Assembly: GCA_031255325.1 (NCBI GenBank)
Contig: JAIRST010000027.1
Span: 1-37,400, forward strand
DNA from: Holosporales bacterium
GTDB lineage: Bacteria; Pseudomonadota; Alphaproteobacteria; UBA3830; JAIRMZ01
Direction: 5' to 3'
DNA: 37,400 nucleotides
The translations under genes were made by a program, and so were the position numbers. Every line of letters begins with the position of its first letter. Position 1 is the first letter of the stretch. Shown here piece by piece: positions 1 to 9,369 of the stretch. The notes beneath the pieces are model-generated. The model saw only the letters and a program-made list of their open reading frames with translations, did not search any database and was not told the origin of the DNA.

Positions 1-138
1 ATAAAGCTTTAAATAAAGTCAATGACAAAAAAGAACAAAAGCAGCAGAAGAGAGCTATACAAGAGAACTCTCACAATCAACATTATAAAATCTTCCTTTC
101 CAGTCAAAAAACTATAATGGCGTCTTAAGAGAAAACGC

Positions 139-167
139 TTGACCTTAATGCCGGTTCTCAGTAGAGT
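139..167 (+). promoter_or_regulatory. Putative sigma70-type promoter for the tRNA-Glu/tRNA-Trp pair (TTGACC-17 nt-TAGAGT)
   Basis: TTGACC at 139-144, a 17-nt spacer and TAGAGT at 162-167. The -10 element ends 9 nt before the first base of tRNA-Glu (177). Hexamer match only, with no experimental support. Confidence 0.4.
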
Positions 168-176
168 TTTGCTTAT

Positions 177-252
177 GTCCCCATCGTCTAGAGGCTTAGG
201 ACATCGCCCTTTCAAGGCGGCAACACGGGTTCGAATCCCGTTGGGGACGCCA
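177..252 (+). tRNA. tRNA-Glu (anticodon TTC), CCA encoded
   Basis: 76-nt cloverleaf: acceptor GTCCCCA/TGGGGAC, anticodon loop CTTTCAA, T-arm GGGTTCGAATCCC. The sequence is close to canonical bacterial tRNA-Glu. Confidence 0.93.
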
Positions 253-316
253 CTGTTTTTGCGCTTTGTCGCGGTAAGTGTCGAAGTTGCTTAAATAAGT
301 GAACAGGCAGGCAAAT

Positions 317-392
317 AGGGGTGTAGCTCAATTGGTAGAGTAGCGGTCTCCAAAACCGTTGGTTGTGGGTTCGAGTCCCGCTACCCCTGCCA
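317..392 (+). tRNA. tRNA-Trp (anticodon CCA), CCA encoded
   Basis: 76-nt cloverleaf: acceptor AGGGGTG/TACCCCT (one G-T pair), D-arm GCTCAATTGGTAGAGT, anticodon loop CTCCAAA, T-arm GGGTTCGAGTCCC. Confidence 0.92.
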
Positions 393-839
393 AAGATCCG
401 AAGTAACAAATCAATAGAAAGAGGGAAGGGGCATGAGTAAAGAGATGCTGTCGAAGGATGACTTAATCTTTGAGACGAAAGCAATATGACCGCATCCAGT
501 CAATTATCGGCAGATGATGGTGCGTGAATCAATCTTCCTTAAACGCCTCCCTATCCTCTTGAATCCGCATCCTTCCAAATACAAGCTATAAGCTTCGCAT
601 TCCTCACCTGTTCCTGGTACTCTTATTCCCTTCTTATCTCTGCCTCTCGCAGAACGTGCAAAGTATCGCTGCTTGCCTTTGACGAATCCGTCCTTGCCTA
701 CCTCTGACCCGCAATACGTGCTCTTTCTCTTCTCTCTCTTGTTAGGCCTGTCCCTTTTTCAAAGAATCTGGTTGCGTTTTAAAAGCAGGTATATGCTACT
801 GATAATTTCAATATTGGGGTTAGAGAGAAAGGAAAGCCG

Positions 840-2015
840 ATGGAGGAAAGACCGATTTATTTGGATTATCAAGCGACAACACCCTGTGACCCGTGTGTTG
901 TAGAAGCGATGCTGCCCTTTTTTACAGAACGATGCGGTAATCCTCATGCGCGCGCGCACGCTTATGGGTGGGAAGCTGAGGAAGCCATAGAAACGGCACG
1001 TTCGCGGATCGCCCAAGCAATTAATGCTGATCCTCGGGAGGTTATTTTTACTTCAGGAGCAACTGAAGCCAATAATTTGGCGCTCAAAGGTGTTGCTCAG
1101 TTTTACAAAGATCGTGGGCATAAAAAACACATTATAACAACTCAAATTGAGCATGATTGTGTTTTAGAATCGTGTCGTTCTTTGGAAAAACAAGGGTTTA
1201 TGGTCACTTACCTTCCTGTCCAAAAAGATGGACTCGTTGTTTTGGATGATTTGCGAAAGGCTATCACAGAAGAGACATTGCTTGTCTCTATCATGACGGC
1301 TAACAATGAAATTGGCGTCATTCAACCTATTGCCGAAATTGGCGCATTGTGTCGAGAAGCGGGTATTTTCTTTCATACCGATGCGGCTCAAGCGTTGGGA
1401 AAAATTGCGCTAGACGTTAATGCTCTTTCCGTCGATTTAATGAGTCTGTCTTCGCACAAAATTTATGGACCGAAAGGGGTGGGCGCTCTTTATTGCCGGT
1501 TAAAGCCTCGTGTTGGTCTTGCGCCTCTTTTAAGTGGTGGAGGGCAAGAACGTGGTTTACGGTCGGGTACCCTCCCTGTGCCGTTATGTGTTGGATTCGG
1601 AGCCGCGTGCCATTTAGCATGTACGTTAAAAGACAAAGAGAATGCGCGTTTATTAATATTGCGCAACCGTCTATACGAAAAGCTTTGTGCAGATCTGCCA
1701 AAAATTTATCTGAACGGGCACTTTGAGAAACGCTTGGCAGGCAATTTAAATATCAGTTTCGAAGGTATTGAAGGTGAAGGCCTTTTAATGGGGGTGAAAA
1801 ATTTAGCTCTTTCAACGGGATCAGCATGCAATTCAATGTCTTTGGAGCCTTCGCATGTTCTGCTAGCCCTTGGAATGGATCCAGGCTTGATACATGGTTC
1901 TGTCCGCATTAGCTTAGGGCGCTTTACTACGGAAGAAGAGATTGATTGTGCGGCAGAATCCTTGATTGCTGCAGTCAGAAAATTGCGAGCCATGAGTCCT
2001 CTCTGGGAAGAGTAG
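840..2015 (+). CDS. iscS: Cysteine desulfurase, IscS/NifS family (PLP-dependent)
   Basis: 391-aa ORF with N-terminal IYLDYQATTP, PLP-lysine motif SSHKIYGPKGVGALY and active-site Cys loop STGSACNS. AGGAAAG Shine-Dalgarno lies just upstream of the ATG. Confidence 0.9.
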   Translation: MEERPIYLDYQATTPCDPCVVEAMLPFFTERCGNPHARAHAYGWEAEEAIETARSRIAQAINADPREVIFTSGATEANNLALKGVAQFYKDRGHKKHIITTQIEHDCVLESCRSLEKQGFMVTYLPVQKDGLVVLDDLRKAITEETLLVSIMTANNEIGVIQPIAEIGALCREAGIFFHTDAAQALGKIALDVNALSVDLMSLSSHKIYGPKGVGALYCRLKPRVGLAPLLSGGGQERGLRSGTLPVPLCVGFGAACHLACTLKDKENARLLILRNRLYEKLCADLPKIYLNGHFEKRLAGNLNISFEGIEGEGLLMGVKNLALSTGSACNSMSLEPSHVLLALGMDPGLIHGSVRISLGRFTTEEEIDCAAESLIAAVRKLRAMSPLWEE

Positions 2016-2219
2016 AATAGCTATAATAGGAAATGCAGGTAACAGGTAAAATAAGACTCTAAGAAAGTTGGTCGCTTTATGAGATTGGGAGTAATCTAGG
2101 GGGGATACTCTACGCCGTTGGAAATGTGCCGCACAGATACCTGCTAGGGGATGAAGGTTTAGAGTTAGCACTATAAGGTTGAAGGACAGTCCTATTGTTA
2201 TTATTTTCTCCTTGAACAA

Positions 2220-3731
2220 TCAGGCGCATTCTTCTTTTAAACGGTGTTGCACACTCCATACGTAATCATCATAGGTTCCTGGATAGGGAAGCACCGTTTT
2301 GTTTTCCTCGATAGCGAGAATTTTTGTCCCGACATTGCGGACAAAAGAGCGGTCATGACTTACAAAAAGAAGTGTTCCTGTATAAGTACGTAAAGCCTGG
2401 GACAGCGCTTCAGTCGTCGAAAAATCTAAGTGGTTGGTCGGTTCATCAAGAGCTAAACAGCTGACTTTTTGAAGTAAAACACATCCTAAAGCTACCCGTG
2501 CTCGCTCACCCCCCGATAGCATGCGGATTGTTTTGTTTGTGTCGTCCTTCGTAAACAGTAAAGATCCTGCAAGGTCTCGTGCCTCCTGCTCGGTCACCGA
2601 CGGATCTTTAGCGTAATATAAAGCCTCTAATACGGTATGATTGGCGTTCAGACGTTCGGAAACATGTTGTGCAAAATAGGCAAACCGCACCTCATGCCCA
2701 AGCGTGCATGTTCCTTGCAACAAAGGGAGTTCTCCGACAAGCGTTTTTAAAAGAGTGGTTTTGCCGCGACCATTCGCACCCGTTATGGCAACACGGTCCC
2801 CACGTTCTATAGCGAAATTGATACGTCTCAAAATAAGCGCTTCGGGATCATATCCCACGGCTCCATTTTCAAGATGTAGTACAGTACGTCCACAGAGGGT
2901 GGGGGCGGGCACGCGAATACGTGCCGTTATTGAAAGAGGGGTAATACTGATGACTTCCATTTTGTTAAGCTCTTTCAGACGCGATTGCGCTTGTCGGGCT
3001 TTTGTTGCCTTTGCTCCAAAACGCGCGACGAATTGTAAAATTTGTTCTCGACGTTCTTTTAGATTTTTTGCACGCGCTGTTAATTGTTCTCGCAATAGCT
3101 CTTTTTGTTCGAAATAGTCGTCTAAGTTACCATTAAATTTTGTCGTTTCACCATTTTCTATTTCTAAAATATGGTCTGTTGTCCGACATAAAAATTCCCT
3201 GTCATGGGAAATCAGCAAAAATGCCCCTGAGAAATTTTGCAAAAAATTCTCTAAGAACAGAGTCGTATCAAGATCTAAATAGTTACTCGGTTCATCTAGC
3301 AATAAAAGAGAAGCTTTTTGCAAAGACATAGCTAAGAGCTTACAGCGCATCTGATATCCGCCACTTAAGGTCGTGATCGGCGCATAAAGATGCTGCTCAT
3401 AGCGCAAGCCAAACTTATGAGCCTGCGCATCCACTTCCCAAGGTTCAACATTTGCCGTTCGTGAAACGTATTCTTGTACAGTCTCGGTATCGGGGAAATC
3501 GTCATGCTGTGCTAGATAGGCGATATGAAGCGCACGCGATCGCGTTATTGTTCCGTCATCTTTCTCTTGACGCTCCATGATAATATCAAAAAGCGTCGTC
3601 TTCCCGACACCATTGTTGCCGATCACCCCAACATGCTCGCCTTCGTTGATTGTGAAATCTACTCCGGAAAAAAGAACACGCCCTCCGAAGCTCTTACGAA
3701 TATCTTTCAGTTGAAGAAGAGCAGCCGTCAC
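2220..3731 (-). CDS. ABC-F family ATPase (two fused ABC cassettes, no membrane domain)
   Basis: 503 aa. Walker A GNNGVGKT and GANGRGKT; signatures LSGGYQMR and LSGGERARV; Walker B LLLLDEPSNYLD and CLALDEPTNHLD; charged linker between the cassettes; GTG start. Confidence 0.88.
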   Translation of the reverse strand: MTAALLQLKDIRKSFGGRVLFSGVDFTINEGEHVGVIGNNGVGKTTLFDIIMERQEKDDGTITRSRALHIAYLAQHDDFPDTETVQEYVSRTANVEPWEVDAQAHKFGLRYEQHLYAPITTLSGGYQMRCKLLAMSLQKASLLLLDEPSNYLDLDTTLFLENFLQNFSGAFLLISHDREFLCRTTDHILEIENGETTKFNGNLDDYFEQKELLREQLTARAKNLKERREQILQFVARFGAKATKARQAQSRLKELNKMEVISITPLSITARIRVPAPTLCGRTVLHLENGAVGYDPEALILRRINFAIERGDRVAITGANGRGKTTLLKTLVGELPLLQGTCTLGHEVRFAYFAQHVSERLNANHTVLEALYYAKDPSVTEQEARDLAGSLLFTKDDTNKTIRMLSGGERARVALGCVLLQKVSCLALDEPTNHLDFSTTEALSQALRTYTGTLLFVSHDRSFVRNVGTKILAIEENKTVLPYPGTYDDYVWSVQHRLKEECA

Positions 3732-3755
3732 ATTTAAACCTTATTATGATGACTA

Positions 3756-3832
3756 TGGTGCGATCGGCGGGATTCGAACCCACGACCCCGAGATTAGGAA
3801 TCTCGTGCTCTATCCTGCTGAGCTACGACCGC
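3756..3832 (-). tRNA. tRNA-Arg (anticodon CCT), CCA encoded
   Basis: The reverse complement gives a 77-nt cloverleaf: acceptor GCGGTCG/CGATCGC (one G-T pair), D-arm AGCTCAGCAGGATAGAGC, anticodon loop TTCCTAA, T-arm GGGTTCGAATCCC. Confidence 0.9.
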
Positions 3833-4465
3833 ATTCAGCTCAGTTTTAAAGGAGTCTCTTCGTTGTGTCCATAAAAAGGTAACCTTTTCAGGTGTTTGTT
3901 CTAAGTGTAGATGCGCCCCACAAGAGTTGGCAAACATTTCTGCAAAAAAGCAAAGAACAGTTCGGGATGAAAGCATTTTTTCTCCCAAAAACCATGCGGC
4001 AACCGTTTCATTTAAAGCAATGCGGCCTCCCTGTCCTGTACATTGGAGGGTAAGCATTTCTTTATCTTCTATAAGTTCAAAAACCATGTGCCCTCCGCGT
4101 ATGAGAGTGGGCAAAAGAATCATCGCGGTTGTTACCATGAACTTTATAATAGGAGTAGGTACCGCACGAGGAATATCACGCGTTAAAAACGTAACTTTTT
4201 CGCATAAGCAATAGCTCGCAATAATTTCTTTTCCTTCTTCAAAAGAACTTTCTGGATATTCTTCAGCATTGATAGATAAAAGACGGAAAAGTTTCAGCCG
4301 AGCGGCTAAGCGCTGCTGAGATTCAGAAAGTATTTTCAAGGCTATATCGTTATCATCGCTATTTTCCATAGCATTAATTCCAAGTCCTATAGCTCCAACG
4401 GGAGCGGTAAGATCATGGAACAAACGCGCTAGCAGCAATTCAAACATTCGTAAAGAATCGAACAC
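3794..4465 (-). CDS. chpT: ChpT-like histidine phosphotransferase (CtrA phosphorelay component)
   Basis: 223 aa. An N-terminal H-box-like LARLFHDLTAPVGAIGLG sits in a helical DHp-like region. It is followed by a C-terminal alpha/beta domain with no ATP-lid G1/G2 motifs visible by eye, which is the ChpT architecture. GTG start is preceded by GGAAGG. The last 13 codons and the stop lie inside tRNA-Arg. Confidence 0.65.
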   Translation of the reverse strand: MFDSLRMFELLLARLFHDLTAPVGAIGLGINAMENSDDNDIALKILSESQQRLAARLKLFRLLSINAEEYPESSFEEGKEIIASYCLCEKVTFLTRDIPRAVPTPIIKFMVTTAMILLPTLIRGGHMVFELIEDKEMLTLQCTGQGGRIALNETVAAWFLGEKMLSSRTVLCFFAEMFANSCGAHLHLEQTPEKVTFLWTQRRDSFKTELNAVVAQQDRARDS

Positions 4466-4539
4466 AAATACACCTTCCTGTAAGTCTTAGAAAAGGATAG
4501 CATTTTCCCGAGGCTTTGAGATAGCCCGTTATAGGGATT

Positions 4540-5148
4540 TTGTTAAAGTATTTTATGTGCTTATCAGAAAATTTGCCGCCTTACTGGGAAGAAGCTTGTT
4601 GTTATCTACGTCAGCACGATTCTGTTCTGGCATCGTGTATGGATGAATCTTATCTTATCTCGCATGGCAATGGATTCAGCACTCTTGTCCATGCCATTAT
4701 TGGGCAGCAAATTTCCGTCAAAGCGGCAGAAAAAATCACAGAGCGCTTAAAAATTTCTGACCCATCGGATGCTTTGATGCGTTCTTCTGACGAGATGCTT
4801 GCGGCCGGTCTTTCTCGTCAAAAAGTTGCGTATATAACGGGTATTGCGCGTTTTTGGGAGACGCAAGAATGGAAAATGTGGCCTACACTTTCAGATGCGC
4901 ACCTTATGGAAGAACTTATAAAGCTTAAGGGTGTAGGGCGGTGGACGGCTGAGATGTTTTTGATTTTCCACTGTATGCGTCCCGATATTTTTCCAAAAGC
5001 AGATCTAGGGGTGCAAAAAGCCATTGCTACACTTTACAAAGTTCCTGTTGAAAACACAATAGAAATTGTAGACCGCTGGCGTCCTTACCGCACCGTTGCC
5101 ACATGGTACCTATGGCGCTCCCTGGATGCTATCCCGGTGAGATATTAA
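4540..5148 (+). CDS. HhH-GPD base-excision glycosylase, DNA-3-methyladenine glycosylase II (AlkA-like, short form)
   Basis: 202 aa. Helix-hairpin-helix LIKLKGVGRWTAEMFLIF is followed by PDIFPKADLGVQKA carrying the catalytic Asp. The start is ambiguous (TTG 4540 or ATG 4555). Confidence 0.78.
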   Translation: MLKYFMCLSENLPPYWEEACCYLRQHDSVLASCMDESYLISHGNGFSTLVHAIIGQQISVKAAEKITERLKISDPSDALMRSSDEMLAAGLSRQKVAYITGIARFWETQEWKMWPTLSDAHLMEELIKLKGVGRWTAEMFLIFHCMRPDIFPKADLGVQKAIATLYKVPVENTIEIVDRWRPYRTVATWYLWRSLDAIPVRY

Positions 5149-5151
5149 AAA

Positions 5152-5166
5152 AGGAATTGCATTCCT
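5152..5166 (+). terminator. Weak hairpin after the alkA-like gene
   Basis: AGGAAT-TGC-ATTCCT: 6-bp stem, 3-nt loop, followed by moderately T-rich sequence. It is short and AT-rich, so only tentative. Confidence 0.25.
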
Positions 5167-5287
5167 CTATACATTTTCTCTAATCTTGCCCTCTTTTAAG
5201 ACTCTGTATAGGTTGAATCATCGCTGGTTCTAGCATTGGTGTCATGAACATGACGATGGTTGGCATGGGGATCATAAAGCGCGGGAT

Positions 5288-6586
5288 ATGTTCGTAACGC
5301 AATTTTTAAAAAAACGGCTACCGAAAACACTCTATGGGCGAACGCTTTTGATCATTGTGATGCCCATCGTCTTGATCCAGACGATTTCTGCTTATGTTTT
5401 TTTCAATCGTCACTTGGAATCGGTCATCTGGCAAACAAGTAATTTAAAAGCCAGAGAAATCAGCACTGTCGTAGCGCTGTTTCAGGATTTACAGCAGTCT
5501 ATAGCCGAAAGAGAGGCTGCTCGTTTTGAATTAAAGCTAGAGATCCTTCCGCCGCAAAAGGAAATGCCTTCTCACACTTCTGGCATCACCCGACAAATAT
5601 TTAATGTTGCTTTGAAAGGGCATTTAGAAGAAGCGTATTCCCTAACAAAAGCCGGCGAATATTTCGTCGTTCATGTTTTCATGAAGGACAATACGCTAAA
5701 ATTTTCTCTCCTTAAAAAGCGCTTTGCCAACCGTACGAGTGATGTATTTATTATGTGGTCATTGGGAACATCGATTTTATTCACGTTGATTGCGTGGGTT
5801 TTTATGCGCAATCAGATTCGTCCCATAAAACAGCTTGCAAAAGCGGCTGATCAATTCGGTAAAAACAACACGTTTGATCCTTTGAAACCCGGTGGCGCCT
5901 TGGAAGTGCGCAAGGCAGGAGAGGCTTTTAATAACATGCAGGAACGCATTAATCGCCATATCCAACAACGGACTGAAATGCTGACGGGAGTATCGCATGA
6001 TTTGCGTACCCCTTTAACACGCATGCGCTTGCACCTTGAGCTGATGCCAGGGGATACAAACATTTTGGCGCTAAAGCATGATTTATCTGAAATGGACATA
6101 ATGGTCACGCATTTCCTTGAGTATGTTCAGGGAGAACGTTTGGAAAAAGCTGAGCGCGTCGCTTTAGCCCCTGTTGTCCGTGAAGTTGCACGGCGCTATT
6201 TCATGCCGACGCTTCAATGCGATTTTCATCTGGATGATCGTATTGTGTATAGTTTACGGCCTCAGGCCTTTCGACGCCTTTTAGCAAATCTTCTCTCTAA
6301 TTGTCAAAGGTATGCGCACACTGTTCTTATACGCCTTATACAAAACCAAGAAGATATTGTTTTAACTTTCGAAGATGATGGTCCAGGCATTCCTGAAGAG
6401 CACAGAAAAGACGTGTTTAAGCCCTTTTTTCGACTTGATGCTTCACGAACCCCTGGAAAAGGCGGAAGCGGCTTAGGACTTCCGATCGTAAAAGACCTCG
6501 TCGCATCCATGGGAGGAACGATCACGCTGGCGTCTTCTTCCATTGGGGGATTAGGTGTCATTATTCGCCTTCCCAACAATTGTTAG
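5288..6586 (+). CDS. EnvZ-like sensor histidine kinase (no adjacent response regulator)
   Basis: 432 aa. Two hydrophobic segments (LLIIVMPIVLIQTISAYVFF and FIMWSLGTSILFTLIAWVF); a HAMP-like linker; H-box SHDLRTPLTRMRL; N-box LLSNCQRYA; G1 DDGPGIP; G2 GSGLGLPIV. Confidence 0.88.
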   Translation: MFVTQFLKKRLPKTLYGRTLLIIVMPIVLIQTISAYVFFNRHLESVIWQTSNLKAREISTVVALFQDLQQSIAEREAARFELKLEILPPQKEMPSHTSGITRQIFNVALKGHLEEAYSLTKAGEYFVVHVFMKDNTLKFSLLKKRFANRTSDVFIMWSLGTSILFTLIAWVFMRNQIRPIKQLAKAADQFGKNNTFDPLKPGGALEVRKAGEAFNNMQERINRHIQQRTEMLTGVSHDLRTPLTRMRLHLELMPGDTNILALKHDLSEMDIMVTHFLEYVQGERLEKAERVALAPVVREVARRYFMPTLQCDFHLDDRIVYSLRPQAFRRLLANLLSNCQRYAHTVLIRLIQNQEDIVLTFEDDGPGIPEEHRKDVFKPFFRLDASRTPGKGGSGLGLPIVKDLVASMGGTITLASSSIGGLGVIIRLPNNC

Positions 6587-7611
6587 CAAACAGTAAGGCG
6601 CACAGGATCCAAAGGAATAGATGAATGATGAAAAGACGTAAGCCAAGAAGTATGCCCCAAAAGATTTTTGCCGTTCAGGTAGGTACCAGAAGTGTGCATG
6701 GGAGGATGTAAAAACATAGTACAGCTATGCTCTGCCCCCAAAAAAGAGCGCATATATTGAGCAAGAGCCGACCAACGGGAAGCTTTAGGCAGGAAGGCGC
6801 AGAAGTCCTCAAATGTCTCAGGAAAGCACATAAGGATTAGGCCGTGTGCTTGATCCCAGATACGCTTACCAAGGAGAGTACTTACGCCCAGCAGATGTGC
6901 AGAGCATCCAAGAATTGTATGATCAATGGCATCAATAGGACGCCACCCCCCTAAAAAATTACAGGCTTTTGTGCGTGTGTTAAAAAAATTTTGCAACTGC
7001 CTTTCAAGTTTAGAAAGACTCCTTGGATATTCCCATAAATGTCCAGAAAATCCGATCTGTTCTGAGAAAACCGATCTTCCAGGAAGAATGCCAGTAAAAG
7101 TCCTATGGAGCGTTCCTAAAAGGGATGCCTGAAAAGGTGCTCCTTGGAGTGCTGGAAAACGCTTTAGGGAAATCCTATGGGAAATTTCTAGAATTCGATG
7201 ATTAAACACATTTAAGAAAGCTTCTAAGGCTAAATGTTTCTGACGTTTTTCCGATACAAGAAGTTCACGATACGCAACAGGAAGGGGACTTTGAACGCCC
7301 AAAAGGTTCATGCGATTAGTGGTAATCGTCATAGAAGGACGTTTCTGAAAAGACGTGTGTTGATCAGGCTTTAGGAATTGGACATCAACGACTTCATACG
7401 CTTGTAAGTCAAAATGAAGTTTTCCACATAGTCTGATCTCTTTCAAAGAATCCTGGTGGTTATATTGAGCTTTTTCTTGAATGTTTTTAGCGTTAAAAGA
7501 AGAGATATACCTTTTACAGATATACAGGGCTTGATCAAGTGAAAACCTATAGGGTTCTTCTTGCAATCGCTCAATTAAAGATCTTTTTGCTGTCCGAACT
7601 GTATAGGCCAC
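6583..7611 (-). CDS. tssG: Type VI secretion baseplate protein TssG
   Basis: 342 aa. N-terminal EEPYRFSLDQALYI matches the conserved TssG N-terminus. It sits immediately after tssF. GTG start is preceded by AAGGAA and overlaps the tssF end by 37 nt. Confidence 0.8.
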   Translation of the reverse strand: MAYTVRTAKRSLIERLQEEPYRFSLDQALYICKRYISSFNAKNIQEKAQYNHQDSLKEIRLCGKLHFDLQAYEVVDVQFLKPDQHTSFQKRPSMTITTNRMNLLGVQSPLPVAYRELLVSEKRQKHLALEAFLNVFNHRILEISHRISLKRFPALQGAPFQASLLGTLHRTFTGILPGRSVFSEQIGFSGHLWEYPRSLSKLERQLQNFFNTRTKACNFLGGWRPIDAIDHTILGCSAHLLGVSTLLGKRIWDQAHGLILMCFPETFEDFCAFLPKASRWSALAQYMRSFLGAEHSCTMFLHPPMHTSGTYLNGKNLLGHTSWLTSFHHSSIPLDPVRLTVC

Positions 7612-9368
7612 GTTTTCAACATTCCTTCTTTATGTGGATCTTTTACAGAAATTTCGACGAAGCTGTTATAAGAGGTATAAGAGCGAAAAAATTCAGCCAA
7701 AACACCGCTAAATAAAATAGTATTCACCGAACTATTTTCTGCGTCATCGATTTCCAATGTGATTTTTTGCCCGGGGACAAAACCTCGCCATCCATCACGT
7801 CCTAATCGCCGTGTAGAGGGTGTATAGGTGATAGAGGAAAGAGCATGAATCTCTTGTTGATAAGGAGAAATCCGCTCGGAAAGGACGTATAACAACTCTT
7901 TCAGTCGCTGAAGGGTGTTGTCCTTTTTTGAAGAGATAAGAGATAAAGATTCTAAGGAAAGCATCGTTATCAGGCGCCAAAGTGTTTCTCCTTGTATAGG
8001 AGGAGATTTGACTGTTGTTGGCCTTTCCATACAGAAAATTTTTTTAATGGGTAAAGATTGTTCAATTTGAAAAATACCACCAGCAGGAATCTCTTGAGCA
8101 AGTTCACGATTTGTGCACAAGGTATGCGCATAGATAACGAAATGTTCTGAGTGCTCTGGATGTAGAGCGAGATTCACAAAGGAAAGGAACACATCTGTTC
8201 CTGTAACGTCCATACGTTCTGAAGGCATTCTTCGTGCTGTCCAGAAAAGGATAGGTGCTTGCTGCTGTATCCGATACGTTAAAGCATGATAAGGAGGAAT
8301 TTCTATTTCTTGAGTACTTTCCGTATCTAAAGAGACAACGCGAGAAATGCTGTAAACTTCTTGGGTAAGATAACGGCGTTGGTCAGGAATGATCATCGTT
8401 TCTGTTCGTGTATAATCAAGCATTATCGGCTCGCTGATACTTTCGAAAAGGTTGATTCCTGGCACACAGTTAAACTCCAATGAACGTGGATTTACCTCAA
8501 GATGCTTTCCAGAAATTTCACTCATAGGAAGGTAAAATGAAAGAGTCTCATGCCAATTATCGAGAGGAATGGAATGTATCTCTGCGCCTAAGAACTTTTG
8601 TGGAAATGCAAAATATTCTTCCAGAAAGCGAAACCCTCGGTGCTCCTCGTGCGTAATAGGCAATAGATTCTCTGAATCCTGGAACCCAATAGCTTGCAAG
8701 GAAGGTATTTTTTGCAGAATATTGTCTTCTGAAATTTTTATAAAAATGGGTAAATCGTGCGTGAAAAGAGCCTTATAAAGAGTGTTTTTAAAGGTATCTT
8801 CCCCTAGCAAATAGAATCGCAAACGCTCTGGTCCTTGCCCTAAAGGACCATGCCAGCGTACACGCAGGTGTAAGTATGCGGGGGCTTCCATTAAGGGCTC
8901 TTCTGGAAGAACAATCTGGCTGTGGAGAATCTCAACAGGCCATAAATTAAGGTCATGTGTCGTCCTAAAAAAACATACGCTACCATCGCTTCCGTTCGTA
9001 AAAAGTTGGCTGTCTTTTTTTACGTATATCCCCGGCGTTTGGCCGCTTTTATCGAAATCTAAATCAAAACAAAAAAGCGCCATAGATGGAATTGGACGCG
9101 TAAAAGAAGGATATAAAGTTTGCAAAAGAGCAGAAGCGATCTCTGGCGTAAGATCATCGATTTGTTTTTGTAAACGTCCTGTTAGCAGGGCAAAAGACTC
9201 TAACAAACGCTCTACATGCGGATCTGTAGAGGGCGTTTTTCCGAAATCAAGATGCTGGGCGATGTCAGGGAAATGTGCGGAAAATTCCTGGCCTAAAGTC
9301 CTTAAAAAGGAAAGTTCTTTTTGATAATAAGAAACAAGAATTTCACGGGATTTTTCCATTGTTTCCAT
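7575..9368 (-). CDS. tssF: Type VI secretion baseplate protein TssF
   Basis: 597 aa. N-terminal YYQKELSFLRTLGQEFSAHFPDIAQHL is the characteristic TssF opening. Size and position between tssE and tssG are canonical. Confidence 0.88.
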   Translation of the reverse strand: METMEKSREILVSYYQKELSFLRTLGQEFSAHFPDIAQHLDFGKTPSTDPHVERLLESFALLTGRLQKQIDDLTPEIASALLQTLYPSFTRPIPSMALFCFDLDFDKSGQTPGIYVKKDSQLFTNGSDGSVCFFRTTHDLNLWPVEILHSQIVLPEEPLMEAPAYLHLRVRWHGPLGQGPERLRFYLLGEDTFKNTLYKALFTHDLPIFIKISEDNILQKIPSLQAIGFQDSENLLPITHEEHRGFRFLEEYFAFPQKFLGAEIHSIPLDNWHETLSFYLPMSEISGKHLEVNPRSLEFNCVPGINLFESISEPIMLDYTRTETMIIPDQRRYLTQEVYSISRVVSLDTESTQEIEIPPYHALTYRIQQQAPILFWTARRMPSERMDVTGTDVFLSFVNLALHPEHSEHFVIYAHTLCTNRELAQEIPAGGIFQIEQSLPIKKIFCMERPTTVKSPPIQGETLWRLITMLSLESLSLISSKKDNTLQRLKELLYVLSERISPYQQEIHALSSITYTPSTRRLGRDGWRGFVPGQKITLEIDDAENSSVNTILFSGVLAEFFRSYTSYNSFVEISVKDPHKEGMLKTWPIQFGQQKDL

Positions 9369-9369
9369 C

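Noticed and set aside
212-484. 90-aa minus-strand ORF (and the 68-aa ORF at 9-215) at the window start
   Set aside because: Both run straight through the tRNA-Glu and tRNA-Trp genes or their promoter region. They have no ribosome-binding site and low-complexity products, so they are shadow ORFs.
2016-2219. 204-bp convergent spacer between iscS and the ABC-F gene, with CTAGGGG repeated twice, considered as a terminator or sRNA
   Set aside because: I found no stable hairpin or U-tract, and the 7-nt repeat is too short to be meaningful without conservation data.
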